DNA of 64,000 bases from a candidate division FCPU426 bacterium (lineage in GTDB: Bacteria; Oederibacteriota; Muellerivitia; Muellerivitales; Muellerivitaceae), in the NCBI GenBank assembly GCA_963771075.1, contig CAVYSE010000003.1, positions 192,001 to 256,000 on the forward strand, in the 5' to 3' direction. How positions within the stretch are numbered: the first letter of the stretch is position 1; every line of letters starts with the position of its first letter. Made by a program: the position numbers and the translations under genes. Below the pieces are notes generated by a model. That model saw nothing but the letters and a program-made list of their open reading frames with translations. It was not told the origin of the DNA and ran no database searches. This document shows positions 9,875 through 20,494 of the stretch, piece by piece.

Positions 9875-12369
9875 ATGAAATACCTTTGGCCATTGGCCTT
9901 TTTAGCCTTGATTTTCCCAGTCTTGGGAATTGCCTCCGATTTGACTCCCGCGGAAACGGATGCGCGGGCCGAAACGATCTTGAAGAAAATGACCCTCGAG
10001 GAAAAGATCGACTACATCGGGGGCTACAACGGTTTCTACGTCCGGGCAATGCCCAAACTGGGTTTGCCAGCCCTCAAGATGTCCGACGGGCCCATCGGGG
10101 TCCGTAATTACGGGCCCTCGACCGCCTATGCCGCCGGAATCGCCCTGGCGGCTTCCTGGAACACGGACTTGGCCCATCGGGTGGGCGGGATGATCGGCCA
10201 TGAAGCCCGGGCCCGGGGCGTTCATTTCATGCTGGGCCCCGGCCTGAACATCTACCGGGCTCCCCTGTGCTCGCGTAATTTCGAATATTTCGGGGAGGAC
10301 CCCTTCCTCGCCTCGCGCATGGCCGTGAATTACGTGGAAGGCATGCAAGAACAGGGCGTCAGCGCCACCGTCAAACATTTCATGGGCAACAACTCCGAAT
10401 ATGACCGCCACAACACCAGCTCCGACATGGACGACCGCACCATGCGTGAGATCTACCTGCCCGCCTTCGAGGCCGCGGTCAAGGAAGCCCACGTGGGGGC
10501 CATCATGAACTCCTACAACCTCATCAACGGCGTCCACGCCACCCAGAACGATTTCCTGAACAACCAGTTGGCCAAGAAAGAATGGGGTTTTGACGGAATC
10601 ATCATGTCGGATTGGAGCGCCACCTATGACGGCGTCGCCGCGGCCAACGCCGGGCTGGACCTGGAAATGCCCTCCGCCAAGTTCATGAACAAGGAAACCC
10701 TGCTACCGGCCATTAAGGACGGTAAGGTCTCGGAAGCCACCCTCGACGACAAGGTGCGCCGGATCCTCCGGACCGCCATTCGATTCGGCTGGCTGGACCG
10801 GGACCAAACCGACCCGGGTTTTCCCCTGTTTAACGAAAAGGGCCGTGACCTGGCCTTGGAATCCGCGGAAGAAAGCATGGTGCTCCTGAAAAACGAGAAC
10901 AGCCTCCTTCCCCTTGCGGCCGATAAGGTCAAAACCCTCGCGGTCATCGGCCCGGACGCCTATCCGGCCATTCCGGTCGGGGGGGGAGCGCCAAGGTGGT
11001 TCCCTTTCAGGCCACCAGCTTTCTGGAAGGACTGAGCCATTGGCTTTCCGGGAAGGGCGTGGTCACCTACAACCGGGGCCTGACCCCCATGGGCGAGATC
11101 TACGACGCGACCCAATTTACGGCCGACGCGAAGGGCAGCCAGCCCGGCCTTAAAGGCGAGTATTTCCCTAACGCCGATTGGGCCGGTGAACCCGCCCTGA
11201 TCCGCCAGGACAATCATGTCAATTTTTCCTGGGATAATTCCAACCGCTGGCCCACCGGCGGTACCTATCCCAATTATTCCGCCCGCTGGACCGGTTACTT
11301 CACCCCCGCCGCCAGCGGCCAATACCGCGTGGCGGTTTCCTCCTTCGGGAACAACCTCTTCCGCCTTTACCTGGACGGAAAGCTCGTGGTGGACCGCGAA
11401 AAGCAAAACCTCCCCTTCGCCCGAAAGGAGGTCACCCTGCGGGGCGGAAAGGCCTGCGCGGTCAAATTGGAATATTCCCAGCGCGATTACAAAGCCATGA
11501 TGAACCTGGGTATCTGCCAGGCCGGCAAGTTGATCGACCCGGCGGTCCGGTCCATCGCCTCATCCGCGGACGCGGTGGTCGTTTGCGTGGGGTTTGACAC
11601 CGGCAGCGAGGCGGAGAGTTTCGACCGGACCTTCCAATTGCCGGAGGGACAAAACGAGCTGATCAACGCCGTCCGGGCGGCGAACCCGAACACGGTCGTG
11701 GTCATCACTTCGGGCGGGGGCGTGGACATGGCGAAATGGATCGACCGGATCCCGGCGGTCCTGGAAGCCTGGTACCCGGGCGAGGAGGGAGGCACGGCCT
11801 TGGCGAAAATATTGTTCGGGGAGGTCAACCCCTCCGGCAAATTGCCCGCCACCTTCGAACGCCGTTGGGAAGACAGCGCGGTTCATGACAGTTATTACGC
11901 GGACGCCGATAAACACGCGCGCTATTCGGAAGGGGTATTCCTCGGCTACCGCCACTTCGATAAAACCGGGTTGAAACCCCTCTTCCCATTTGGTTTTGGC
12001 TTGTCCTACACCCGGTTCAAATATTCGAATCTTTCTTGCACGCCTTCCGAAACAAAGGCGGATGGGCCGGTCACGGTTTCTTTTGATTTAACCAACATCG
12101 GCGACCGGGAGGGCGAAGAAACAGCCGAGGTCTATGTGGGCGACCGCCATTCCCCCCTGCCCCGGCCGGTCAAGGAGTTGAAGGGCTTTGCCAAGGTGGA
12201 CCTGAAGCCGGGCGAGACCAAACGCCTTTCGGTGATCCTCAACCAGCGTTCCTTCGCTTACTACGACGAAAAATCGAAAGGGTGGACGGTCACGCCGGGT
12301 GAATTTAATATCGGGGTCGGATCATCCTCCCAAAACATCGAGCTCAAGGGTAAAGTGTCGCTTAACTAA
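9875..12369 (+). pseudogene. Secreted GH3 beta-glucosidase (GH3 N + PA14 + GH3 C + FnIII-like), split by a frameshift in a G8 run at 10979-10986
   Basis: MTLEEK, SDGPIGVR, RNFEYFGEDP, KHF, MSDW, VLLKNE in frame 1; AWYPGEEGG, NPSGKLP, EGVFLGYRHFD, PFGFGLSYT, ELKGFAKV in frame 2. One extra G restores PVGGGSAKVVPF. Confidence 0.9.
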
Positions 12370-12373
12370 GCAT

Positions 12374-12424
12374 GTTGTAACCGCTGAAAAAGTCGGCTTT
12401 GCCGCCTTTTTCAGCGGTTACAAC
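12374..12424. terminator. Long hairpin between convergent GH3 and nadB (likely bidirectional terminator)
   Basis: GTTGTAACCGCTGAAAAAG / CTTTTTCAGCGGTTACAAC, 19-bp perfect stem with inner CGGC-TTT-GCCG. Confidence 0.7.
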
Positions 12425-12432
12425 TGCGGTTT

Positions 12433-14073
12433 TCAGGGTAAGGCCTTTCGTTTCTCGACGAGGGTATAGTGGTTGAACCTTTTATCCTCTTTCGGGAAAT
12501 CTTCCCGGTAATGGCAGGCCCGGCTTTCTTTCCGCAAGAGGGCGCTGTCAATGATGATATTGGCCACTGCGGCCAGGTTGCGCGCTTCCAGGAAATCCTT
12601 CGTGACCTTGTAGTTCCAATAGTCGTTCCGGATGTTCCTCTTCAAGGCTCCCAGCACATCCTTCGCCGCCGCCAGGCGCCCCTCGGTGCGGGCGATACCG
12701 CATAGCAGGGTCATGGTCTTGCGGATGATCTCCCAGTAATAGTCCACGGTCGCGGGATCCTTGTATTCCTTGGCCCGGCCTTCGTCCCAGGGCGGAACCT
12801 GGAAGCGTTTCCGTTTCATTTTTTTCCGGGCGAAGTGTTGGGCGGCCTTGCGGCCAAACAGCAGGCACTCGGGAGCGGAATTGCTTGCCAAACGGGTGGC
12901 TCCGTGCAGTCCGGTGTAAGCGGTCTCCCCCATCACGTAGAGATTTTCCAGCCGGGTCTGGCCGTTCAGGTCGGTTTGGACCCCCCCGTTGGAATAATGC
13001 ACCGCGTAGACCACCGGCACGGGCTCCCGGCAAAGGTCGATTCCCTTTTTCAGGCAGAATTCATAGGCGTTCTTGAAATCGGACTTCAGCCGCTTGGCCG
13101 GGATCATGGTGCAGTCCAGCCAAAGGTGCTTTAGGCCCAGTCGGCGCATTTCCATGTCTTCCGCCCTTGTCACCACGTCGCGCGTGGCCCCCGAACCCAG
13201 CTTGTGGTAACGGCGGACAAAATCCTCACGGTCGTTCTTTTGCAGTTTGAGGTAGGCCCCCTCGCCCCGCAGGGCCTCGGTGAAAAGGTACCGGCGCTCG
13301 GAGGTATTGGCTTTTTCATCATAGAAAACCGTCGGATGGAACTGGATGAACTCCATATTGACCAAGGGCAATCCCGCCCGATAGGCCATCGCGAACCCGT
13401 CCCCGCTGGCCGAGTCGGGATTGGACGTGTAGAGAAAAACCTTGCCCACCCCGCCCGTGGCGAGGAATACCGCCCCGGCGGAGACCGCCTGGACCTTGTC
13501 CTTATCGGTGTCGTAGATATAGGCTCCGATGCACTCATCCCTGCCCTTCATCTTCAGGTATTTGTTCCTCGTGACGATGTCCACCGCGATGTGGCGCTCA
13601 TGGATGCGGATATTGGGATGATTCCCGACCTTTTGGGCAAGCACCCGCATGACATGGGCGCCCGTACCGTCCTCCACGTGGAAAACACGATTGGAGGAGT
13701 GCCCGCCCTCGCGGTGCAGGTGGAATTTTCCCCTGCGGTTGAGGTCAAAACGGACCCCCTGGCGGCCCAGCCAGAGGATGACATCCGGGTAAAAATGCTC
13801 CACGCAATACCGGACCACCTTCACGTCGTTCAGGTATTTCCCAGCCTCCAGGGTATCCTGAATGTGTTTCTCATAGGTGTCGCCCCCCAGGGGCAACCCA
13901 TCCTCCTGGGATACCGCCGCCAGACCGCCCGCGGTGAGGTGGCTGGCGCCGTCATAGACCATCTTTCCCTTCAGGAAAAGATCCACCTTCTTGCCGGCCT
14001 CCGCCGCCTCCAAAGCGGCCGCGAGCCCGGCGAAACCCGCCCCAATGATGGCGCAGTCCGTTTGTAAGTTCAT
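12433..14073 (-). CDS. nadB: L-aspartate oxidase
   Basis: IIGAGFAGL, REGGHS..RVFH, LATGG, EFIQFHPT, TEALRGEG, HYSNGGV, TGLHGATRLASNS, ESRACHYREDFP. Confidence 0.9.
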   Translation of the reverse strand: MNLQTDCAIIGAGFAGLAAALEAAEAGKKVDLFLKGKMVYDGASHLTAGGLAAVSQEDGLPLGGDTYEKHIQDTLEAGKYLNDVKVVRYCVEHFYPDVILWLGRQGVRFDLNRRGKFHLHREGGHSSNRVFHVEDGTGAHVMRVLAQKVGNHPNIRIHERHIAVDIVTRNKYLKMKGRDECIGAYIYDTDKDKVQAVSAGAVFLATGGVGKVFLYTSNPDSASGDGFAMAYRAGLPLVNMEFIQFHPTVFYDEKANTSERRYLFTEALRGEGAYLKLQKNDREDFVRRYHKLGSGATRDVVTRAEDMEMRRLGLKHLWLDCTMIPAKRLKSDFKNAYEFCLKKGIDLCREPVPVVYAVHYSNGGVQTDLNGQTRLENLYVMGETAYTGLHGATRLASNSAPECLLFGRKAAQHFARKKMKRKRFQVPPWDEGRAKEYKDPATVDYYWEIIRKTMTLLCGIARTEGRLAAAKDVLGALKRNIRNDYWNYKVTKDFLEARNLAAVANIIIDSALLRKESRACHYREDFPKEDKRFNHYTLVEKRKALP

Positions 14074-14324
14074 TCCTACTCCCCGAAAAAAGCGGTAAAG
14101 GCAAATTGAAAGGGTAACGACCCGATCAAATATTGAACCACAAAGATCACAAAGTACAGGAGGTAAAAACAAAAAACCACGTGCCCCCCTGCTCCCCGGT
14201 TGAATTTCGGAGTGACATCAGTGGTGGGGCCAATACGCTTTGGGATAGCCTGCAAGCTGGCGCGAGCGTTATACTTCCATTCGGATATCCACCCGATTGA
14301 TCCAATCCTTCGAAGGAAAACCGC

Positions 14325-15149
14325 ATGTCCGAACCGCAGATCCACCTCGTCGTCGGCACCCCCTGTTACGGCGGCATTTTGACCGGGGATTTCTTCACCT
14401 CCACCCTTCGGCTTCAGGAAGCCTGCATGAAGGCGGGAATCCAGGTGAGTTTCCTGATGCCGTCCGGGGACGCGGTCATTCCCCGGGCCCGCCAAAACAT
14501 CGTTACTTATTTTATGTCCCAACCCACCGCCACCCACCTGCTTTTCATCGACGCGGATATCAGCTTTGACCCCGACCAGGTCTTCCGCCTCCTGCACTTC
14601 AAGGAAGATGTCACCGCCGCCCTCTATCCCCTGAAAAGGTATGACTGGGAAAGGGCGAAAGCCACGGCCCTTCAGGGCGGGGATATGGAAGCCGGTTCCC
14701 TTTCCTATATTTGCGAGTGGGCCAAGCCCGGTGTGGTCCGCGACAATTTCGCCAAGGCCAAATATGTGGGAAACGGCTTTCTCATGATCCGCCGGGCCGC
14801 GCTGGAAAAGATGATGTTTTCCTATCCCCAGCTGCGTTACACCGCCCAAAATGGAAGCGACGACCCCTTCGCCGGCAGCCCCTACCGCTACGCCTTCTTC
14901 AATTGCATCCTGGACGAGGAAACCAAAAGCTACCTCCCCGAGGATTACAGCTTTTGCAAACGGTGGGTCGACATCGGGGGCGATATCTGGGTGGACCAGC
15001 GCAGCCGCCTGACCCATACCGGGCCGATCGCATTCAAAGGGGACATGTCGCGCCGGACGGGCCTCAGCGTTGCCCGGGTCCGGGCCGCGCAAACGCCCCC
15101 GCCTAGCGCCAAACCCAAAACCAAACCACCCAAGTACAAGAGGAGATAG
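14325..15149 (+). CDS. GT-A fold glycosyltransferase-like protein (paralog 1)
   Basis: GTPCYGG, IPRARQ, HLLFIDADI (DxD), GNGFLMIRR, EDYSFCKRW..IGG.IW, LTHTG. Confidence 0.7.
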   Translation: MSEPQIHLVVGTPCYGGILTGDFFTSTLRLQEACMKAGIQVSFLMPSGDAVIPRARQNIVTYFMSQPTATHLLFIDADISFDPDQVFRLLHFKEDVTAALYPLKRYDWERAKATALQGGDMEAGSLSYICEWAKPGVVRDNFAKAKYVGNGFLMIRRAALEKMMFSYPQLRYTAQNGSDDPFAGSPYRYAFFNCILDEETKSYLPEDYSFCKRWVDIGGDIWVDQRSRLTHTGPIAFKGDMSRRTGLSVARVRAAQTPPPSAKPKTKPPKYKRR

Positions 15150-15152
15150 CCC

Positions 15153-15917
15153 ATGTCCCCCCAACGCCCCTACCTCATGATCGGCACCCCCTCCTTCGCC
15201 TCACAACTGACGAACGTCTATGCCACCTCCATGCTTTCCTTCCAAAACGCCTGTTTATCCAGGAACGAGATCGATTTCAACGTGACGGTCCAATGGGGGG
15301 ATTCGCTCATAACCCGCGCCCGTCAGGACATCGTCACGCGTTTCTTGGAAACCCCCGAGGCCACCCACCTGCTTTTCGTGGATGGGGATATAGGTTTTGA
15401 AACCGAGCAGGTTTTCCGGCTATTGAAGTTCGATGTGGATATCGCGGCCGGGGTCTATCCCTACAAAAAGGTGGAATTGGGCAAGATTCGCGCCCTGTCC
15501 CTGGCCGGTCATCCCCATTTGGAATCCGGCTCGCTCGTTTACACCTATGAAGTGGAGGACCCCACCCGGGTCGAGATCAAGGATGGTTTCGCCAAGGTAC
15601 GCTACGCGGGTTTGGGATTCATGATGATCAAGCGGTCGGTTTTTATAAGGATGATGGAAAAATATCCCGAATTGAACTACACCAGCGGGTTTATCCATGC
15701 CGATCCCCTGTCCCAGAGCAAATACCGCTACGCCTTTTTCAATTGCATGGTCGACGAGAAGACCGGGACCTATTTAAGCGAGGATTACAGCTTTTCCCGC
15801 CGCTGGACCGACATGGGCGGGGAGATTTGGGCCGATTTGAACAGCCAGCTCCAGCACGTGGGCCCCATCAACTTTCACGGCAACTTCGCCTCCCAATTCC
15901 AAAATCCAAAAAATTAA
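15153..15917 (+). CDS. GT-A fold glycosyltransferase-like protein (paralog 2)
   Basis: GTPSF, ITRARQ, HLLFVDGDI, GLGFMMIKR, EDYSFSRRW..MGGEIW, LQHVG; collinear with the upstream gene. Confidence 0.7.
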   Translation: MSPQRPYLMIGTPSFASQLTNVYATSMLSFQNACLSRNEIDFNVTVQWGDSLITRARQDIVTRFLETPEATHLLFVDGDIGFETEQVFRLLKFDVDIAAGVYPYKKVELGKIRALSLAGHPHLESGSLVYTYEVEDPTRVEIKDGFAKVRYAGLGFMMIKRSVFIRMMEKYPELNYTSGFIHADPLSQSKYRYAFFNCMVDEKTGTYLSEDYSFSRRWTDMGGEIWADLNSQLQHVGPINFHGNFASQFQNPKN

Positions 15918-15989
15918 CTCGAAGTCATTTCTTACTTTGAATGGCTTCGCGGACTTCGTTCCACATGTCCAAATTTAAAATTTTGGAAT

Positions 15990-16158
15990 TACGCACTTGG
16001 CAAAGTTTGCCAGTAAACCCTCGCCCCTTGAGGGAGAGGGCCGGGGTGAGGGGTGCTTTGCGACAGGAATTCCCCCTCATCCCAACCTTCTCCCTCCCGG
16101 GGAGAAAGGGAACCCATGAAAAACTGTCTTTTACCCTTAATGCTTTGCCAAGTGCATA
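15990..16158. mobile_element. MITE/REPIN-like element
   Basis: 16-bp terminal inverted repeats TACGCACTTGGCAAAG / CTTTGCCAAGTGCATA (1 mismatch) enclosing two inverted CCCTC-rich/GGGAGAGGG palindromic units. Confidence 0.6.
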
Positions 16159-16257
16159 GTCCTGTAAAATTTAATAAGGTCATATGGGATTGGATCACCT
16201 TCTTTAAAATCCTTTAATGATGGTGGCACGAGGGTGAAAGAGGTTTTGAAATAGCTT

Positions 16258-17502
16258 CTATTGGCTTTTGTTCAAGCCGGTGATTTTTAATAATACAACC
16301 CCATGGGCGGGCACATCGGCGGCATAGCGGTCGGCAAAAGAACCCGCATCGGCGTGTTTCCAAAGGTCTCGCACCTTGGCGGTCTTTGACTTAATTCCCA
16401 CAACTTTCCAGACCGCGGTCATGTTTTGGTTGTTTTCCGTGCGATTTAACAAGGCAACTGCCCCCGAATTTTCGCCCGATAGTTCCTTTGAATATACGTC
16501 CAAACCATTTCCATCCTTCCAAACCTCAATACATTGTTTACCCAAGGGGTCCTGATCCACCGCGATGACCTCCTTGTTTAAGAGAATATCTTTTGTCTTT
16601 GCGGACATGCTTCGTAAGTCATTGCCCGCTATCAAAGGTGAGGCCATCATGGCCCACATACTGAAATGGGCCCGGTTTTCCGAATCCGATAAACCCTGCG
16701 ACCCCACCAAATCCGATTGGGTATCAAAGACACGCCCCTGTTGAAGATCAGGAACATAGGAACAACCCACCACGAGCATATCCGGGTCATTCCAGTGATT
16801 GGGCCCCGCATATTGGGCGTATTGTTCGTTTAAATCGATGATTTGGAGAATGGCGCCCCAACTATCCGTGATATCTCCCGTGGTCCGCCAAAGCTGACCC
16901 GTACGAGGCATCCAATCCTTGAATTCCCAGGCGCAAATGCTGAATAGGATGGGTCGGCCTGTCGCCGCGAGGGCATCCCTCATTCGCCGATAATCCCCTG
17001 CCTGGGTTGTGGTGAAAACGGGATTGCAGTTGTCATATTTTAGGTAATCCACCCCCCAAGCCGCGAAATCCTTGGCGTCCGTGGTCTCAAAACCGTAGGA
17101 CCCTGGACATTTCCCAACACAAGTTAATTTTCCCCTGTCTTCATATATCCCGAATTTCAAGCCTTTCGAGTGGAGATAGTCGGAGAGAGCCTTAAATCCG
17201 TTTGGAAACCGTCCGGGATCGGGTACCAAATGACCTTTGTCCCGCCATGGTAAAGCCCAGCCATCGTCCAGGTTAACGTATTGGTAACCCGCGTCCCGCA
17301 TGCCGGATTGGACCATGGCATCGGCCGTTTCCCGAAGCAGGGCCTCGTTCGTTTGGTCTTTAAAAGTATTCCAGGAATTCCACCCCATCGGAGGAGTTCT
17401 CGCAAGGTCTCGAGCCGAAATAGTAGGCGGTTGCTGGCATACACAACCCGTTTCTAAAAGAAGGAGCACAGCAATGATAAGAAAACCTAAAAACTTATTT
17501 AT
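16258..17502 (-). CDS. GH27 alpha-galactosidase, probable lipoprotein
   Basis: TPPMGWNSWN, YVNLDDGW, DYLKYDNC, WRTTGDI, WNDPDMLVVG, HFSMWAMMASPLIAGNDL; start ambiguous (ATA 17502 with RBS or GTG 17469). Confidence 0.93.
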   Translation of the reverse strand: MNKFLGFLIIAVLLLLETGCVCQQPPTISARDLARTPPMGWNSWNTFKDQTNEALLRETADAMVQSGMRDAGYQYVNLDDGWALPWRDKGHLVPDPGRFPNGFKALSDYLHSKGLKFGIYEDRGKLTCVGKCPGSYGFETTDAKDFAAWGVDYLKYDNCNPVFTTTQAGDYRRMRDALAATGRPILFSICAWEFKDWMPRTGQLWRTTGDITDSWGAILQIIDLNEQYAQYAGPNHWNDPDMLVVGCSYVPDLQQGRVFDTQSDLVGSQGLSDSENRAHFSMWAMMASPLIAGNDLRSMSAKTKDILLNKEVIAVDQDPLGKQCIEVWKDGNGLDVYSKELSGENSGAVALLNRTENNQNMTAVWKVVGIKSKTAKVRDLWKHADAGSFADRYAADVPAHGVVLLKITGLNKSQ

Positions 17503-17543
17503 AAAAGCCTCCCCGTCGGAGACAAGGCTTAGGACTTTTAATT

Positions 17544-17762
17544 TTAGACGGTTATTTTTTTCACCGTATCCGTCTTTAAAATCACTTCCCCGGCTTCGTT
17601 TTTGATTGAAAAGTTATAACCAAATTTGGCGCCGTCGGCGCTTTTGCCTCGGATTACATCCCCCACTTTATAACGTCCGGCCGGATTAGCGACACGGGTG
17701 ACCGTGGCCACCACGTGGACCGGGTCAAATTCCAACGTGATCATTGCCGTTTCGATAATCAT
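17544..17762 (-). CDS. Small hypothetical protein (72 aa)
   Basis: ATG 17762 preceded by GGAGG; protein-like composition. Confidence 0.6.
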   Translation of the reverse strand: MIIETAMITLEFDPVHVVATVTRVANPAGRYKVGDVIRGKSADGAKFGYNFSIKNEAGEVILKTDTVKKITV

Positions 17763-17882
17763 AAAAACCTCCTTTTTCAGATACCCAAATTCGAAGCCAA
17801 TCCTTCTATACGTTGTCCGCGAACGGTCCCCAACATGGACAAGTAACATTGAATGAATTATACATCCCAGATATACCGGTAT

Positions 17883-17917
17883 AAAAAAAGGGCCGCCCCC
17901 CAAGGGGAACGGCCCTT
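17883..17917 (-). terminator. Rho-independent terminator of the glutamine synthetase gene
   Basis: AAGGGCCG...CGGCCCTT stem followed by a T-run on the minus strand. Confidence 0.8.
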
Positions 17918-17938
17918 CAAATCACTTCTTTTTGCGGA

Positions 17939-20107
17939 TTAGTACTGGAACAGCATCTCCCGGTACTTCGGCAGAGGCCAAGCTTCGTCATCCACGATCG
18001 CTTCCAGGCCGTCCACGATCTTCCGGACCTTCAACATGCCCGGAATCACGTTGTCCTTAAAGGCCGCGGCGATATGGTGCAGGCTCGATCCGCCATTGGC
18101 CTTCCCCAGGGTGGCATCCAACTCTACGATGGCCTCGTAAAGATCGCTGGCTCCCTTGGCCACCTCGTCCAGCAGGGTGGTCTGCCCCTTCTGGGCGGTC
18201 TTGGAAACCGACTGGGTCAACTGGATGGTCTGGGCCAACTTGTTCTGGTAGGAAAGAACCGCGGGAAGAATCTGGTTCTTGGCGATGTCCACCGTGGCCG
18301 CGGCCTCGATGTTAACGATCTTCACGTACCTTTCCCACATGACTTCCTCGCGGGCGTCATATTCCTTCTCGTTCAGGACCTTGTACTTGGAGAACAATTC
18401 CTTGTATTCCTTCTTCGGCATGGCCTTGAGGGCGTCCACCGTGCTCTTCAGGTTCGGCAAGCCCCGCTTGGCGGCTTCCGCGTGCCAAGCCTCGGAATAG
18501 TTATTGCCGTCGTAGATCACCTTCTTGTGTTCCTTGATCTCCTCTTGCAGAACGGCGGCCAGGGTCTTGTTCAAGTCCCCGCCCTTTTCCAGCTTGGCGG
18601 CAATGCGGTCGATGGACTCGGCCACGATCGTGTTCAAGATGGTGTTGGGCCAGTAGATGGCGGCGGTGGACCCGACCGCGCGGAACTCGAACTTGTTGCC
18701 GGTGAAGGCGAAGGGCGAGGTGCGGTTACGGTCCGTGGCATCCTTGGGCAGGTGCGGAAGGACGGATACGCCCAACTGCATTATTCCGCCCTTTTTGCTC
18801 GAGGAGGCCGAACCCTTCTCCAATTGGGCGACCACATCGGACAACTGCTCGCCCAGGAAGATGGAGAGGATGGCCGGGGGAGCCTCATTGGCGCCCAAAC
18901 GGTGGTCGTTGCCGGGCCCGCAGATGCCGATACGCAGAAGCTCGGCGTACTTGTCGACCGCCGAGATGGTGGCGACCAGGAAGGCCAGGAATTGCGCGTT
19001 GTCATGCGGGGTATTGCCGGGGTTCAACAGGTTTTCGCCCTCGTCGGTGGCCATGGACCAGTTATTGTGCTTGCCGCTTCCATTGATGCCGGCGAAAGGC
19101 TTCTCATGGAGCAGGCACACCAGGCCGTGGCGCAAGGCCACGCGGCGCATCAATTCCATCACGATCATGTTGTGGTCCGCCGCGACCGAGGACTTCTCGA
19201 AGAGGGGCGCCATCTCGAACTGGGCGGGCGCTACCTCGTTGTGGCGGGTCTTGGATGGAATTCCCAAACGCCACAATTCGCGGTCCAGATCCATCATGAA
19301 GGCCAAAATGCGCTCGCGGATGGCCCCGAAATAATGGTCTTCCAGTTCCTGCCCGCGGTAGGGCGGCGCGCCGAAGAGGGTGCGGCCACCGGCGATCAGG
19401 TCCGGGCGTTGTTCGTAATATTTGCGGTCGATGAGGAAATATTCCTGCTCCGGGCCCATGGTCGTGAAAACGTGTTTGGCGGTCTTGTTGCCGAACAGGC
19501 GAAGAAGACGAACCGCTTGGGTGGAGAGGCTTTCCATGGAGCGCAAGAGGGGGGTCTTCAAGTCCAGGGCTTCCTCGGTGTAGCTCACGAAGGCCGTGGG
19601 GATGGTCAGCGTGGCGCCGTTCACTTCCTGCTGAATGAACGCGGGGGAAGTCGGGTCCCAGGCGGTATATCCGCGGGCCTCGAAGGTGGCGCGGGTTCCG
19701 CCCGAGGGGAAGGAGGAAGCGTCCGGCTCGCCCTTAATGAGGGTCTTGCCGTCGAACTCCGCGATCGCCCCGCCGTCGGAGTTTGGCTCCAGGAAGGTGT
19801 CGTGCTTTTCGGCGCCGATGCCGGTCAAGGGGATGAACCAGTGCGTGTAATGGGAAGCGCCGTGCGCCAAGGCCCATTCCTTCATGCCTTGGGCGACCTG
19901 GTCGGCAATGGAAGCGTCCAAAGCCTCGCCCTTCAAGGTCGTGGCGCGGAGCTTCTTATAGACGTCCTTCGAAAGGTAGGCTTTCTGGGCGGTGTCGTTG
20001 AAAACGAGGGACCCGAAAATTTCCTGCGCCGGCTTAGACTTATATTCTTCTGTCGGCTGTTGTTCTCCGCCAAGCATGAGGGCTATTTTTTTACGGGCGT
20101 TTCCCAC
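17939..20107 (-). CDS. glnA: Glutamine synthetase type III
   Basis: [95 protein letters not shown]; 722 aa. Confidence 0.96.
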   Translation of the reverse strand: MGNARKKIALMLGGEQQPTEEYKSKPAQEIFGSLVFNDTAQKAYLSKDVYKKLRATTLKGEALDASIADQVAQGMKEWALAHGASHYTHWFIPLTGIGAEKHDTFLEPNSDGGAIAEFDGKTLIKGEPDASSFPSGGTRATFEARGYTAWDPTSPAFIQQEVNGATLTIPTAFVSYTEEALDLKTPLLRSMESLSTQAVRLLRLFGNKTAKHVFTTMGPEQEYFLIDRKYYEQRPDLIAGGRTLFGAPPYRGQELEDHYFGAIRERILAFMMDLDRELWRLGIPSKTRHNEVAPAQFEMAPLFEKSSVAADHNMIVMELMRRVALRHGLVCLLHEKPFAGINGSGKHNNWSMATDEGENLLNPGNTPHDNAQFLAFLVATISAVDKYAELLRIGICGPGNDHRLGANEAPPAILSIFLGEQLSDVVAQLEKGSASSSKKGGIMQLGVSVLPHLPKDATDRNRTSPFAFTGNKFEFRAVGSTAAIYWPNTILNTIVAESIDRIAAKLEKGGDLNKTLAAVLQEEIKEHKKVIYDGNNYSEAWHAEAAKRGLPNLKSTVDALKAMPKKEYKELFSKYKVLNEKEYDAREEVMWERYVKIVNIEAAATVDIAKNQILPAVLSYQNKLAQTIQLTQSVSKTAQKGQTTLLDEVAKGASDLYEAIVELDATLGKANGGSSLHHIAAAFKDNVIPGMLKVRKIVDGLEAIVDDEAWPLPKYREMLFQY

Positions 20108-20494
20108 GAATTTCTCCTTAATTTTAATTTACGGCAGGCCCATACACTAAAAGCGTGTTAAGCGAAAGTAAATGAAAAGGATAAAAAAAATTGAAATTTA
20201 GGTTCCCCTCCGACAATTCCGTTTCTCGGACCCTACAGAGATGTAAAAACTTACGTTTATGGGCGGATGGGAAAAATGGAGTTGGCAAATAAGAGCCTAA
20301 TCCCCATTCCCAAACGGGGAGGGATAGCCGGATGAAAGGTCCAGCCGCTCAATGACCAAAAGTAGAAATAAAAACGCCCGAGTCCGGGGCCTGGAAAGCC
20401 ACGAAATCAGGCGTGATCTTCATGATGTGGATTGAAGGCCCCAAAAAACTTGTTGTTCTTGGGGCCTTGGTTGTGAAAAATCCCTTTCCCTTAA

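Noticed and set aside
16224..16240. TGGCACG as a sigma54 site
   Set aside because: Lacks the -12 GC and points into the 3' end of a convergent gene.
18074..20161. 695-aa plus-strand ORF
   Set aside because: Antisense shadow of glutamine synthetase III caused by codon bias; no recognisable motifs.
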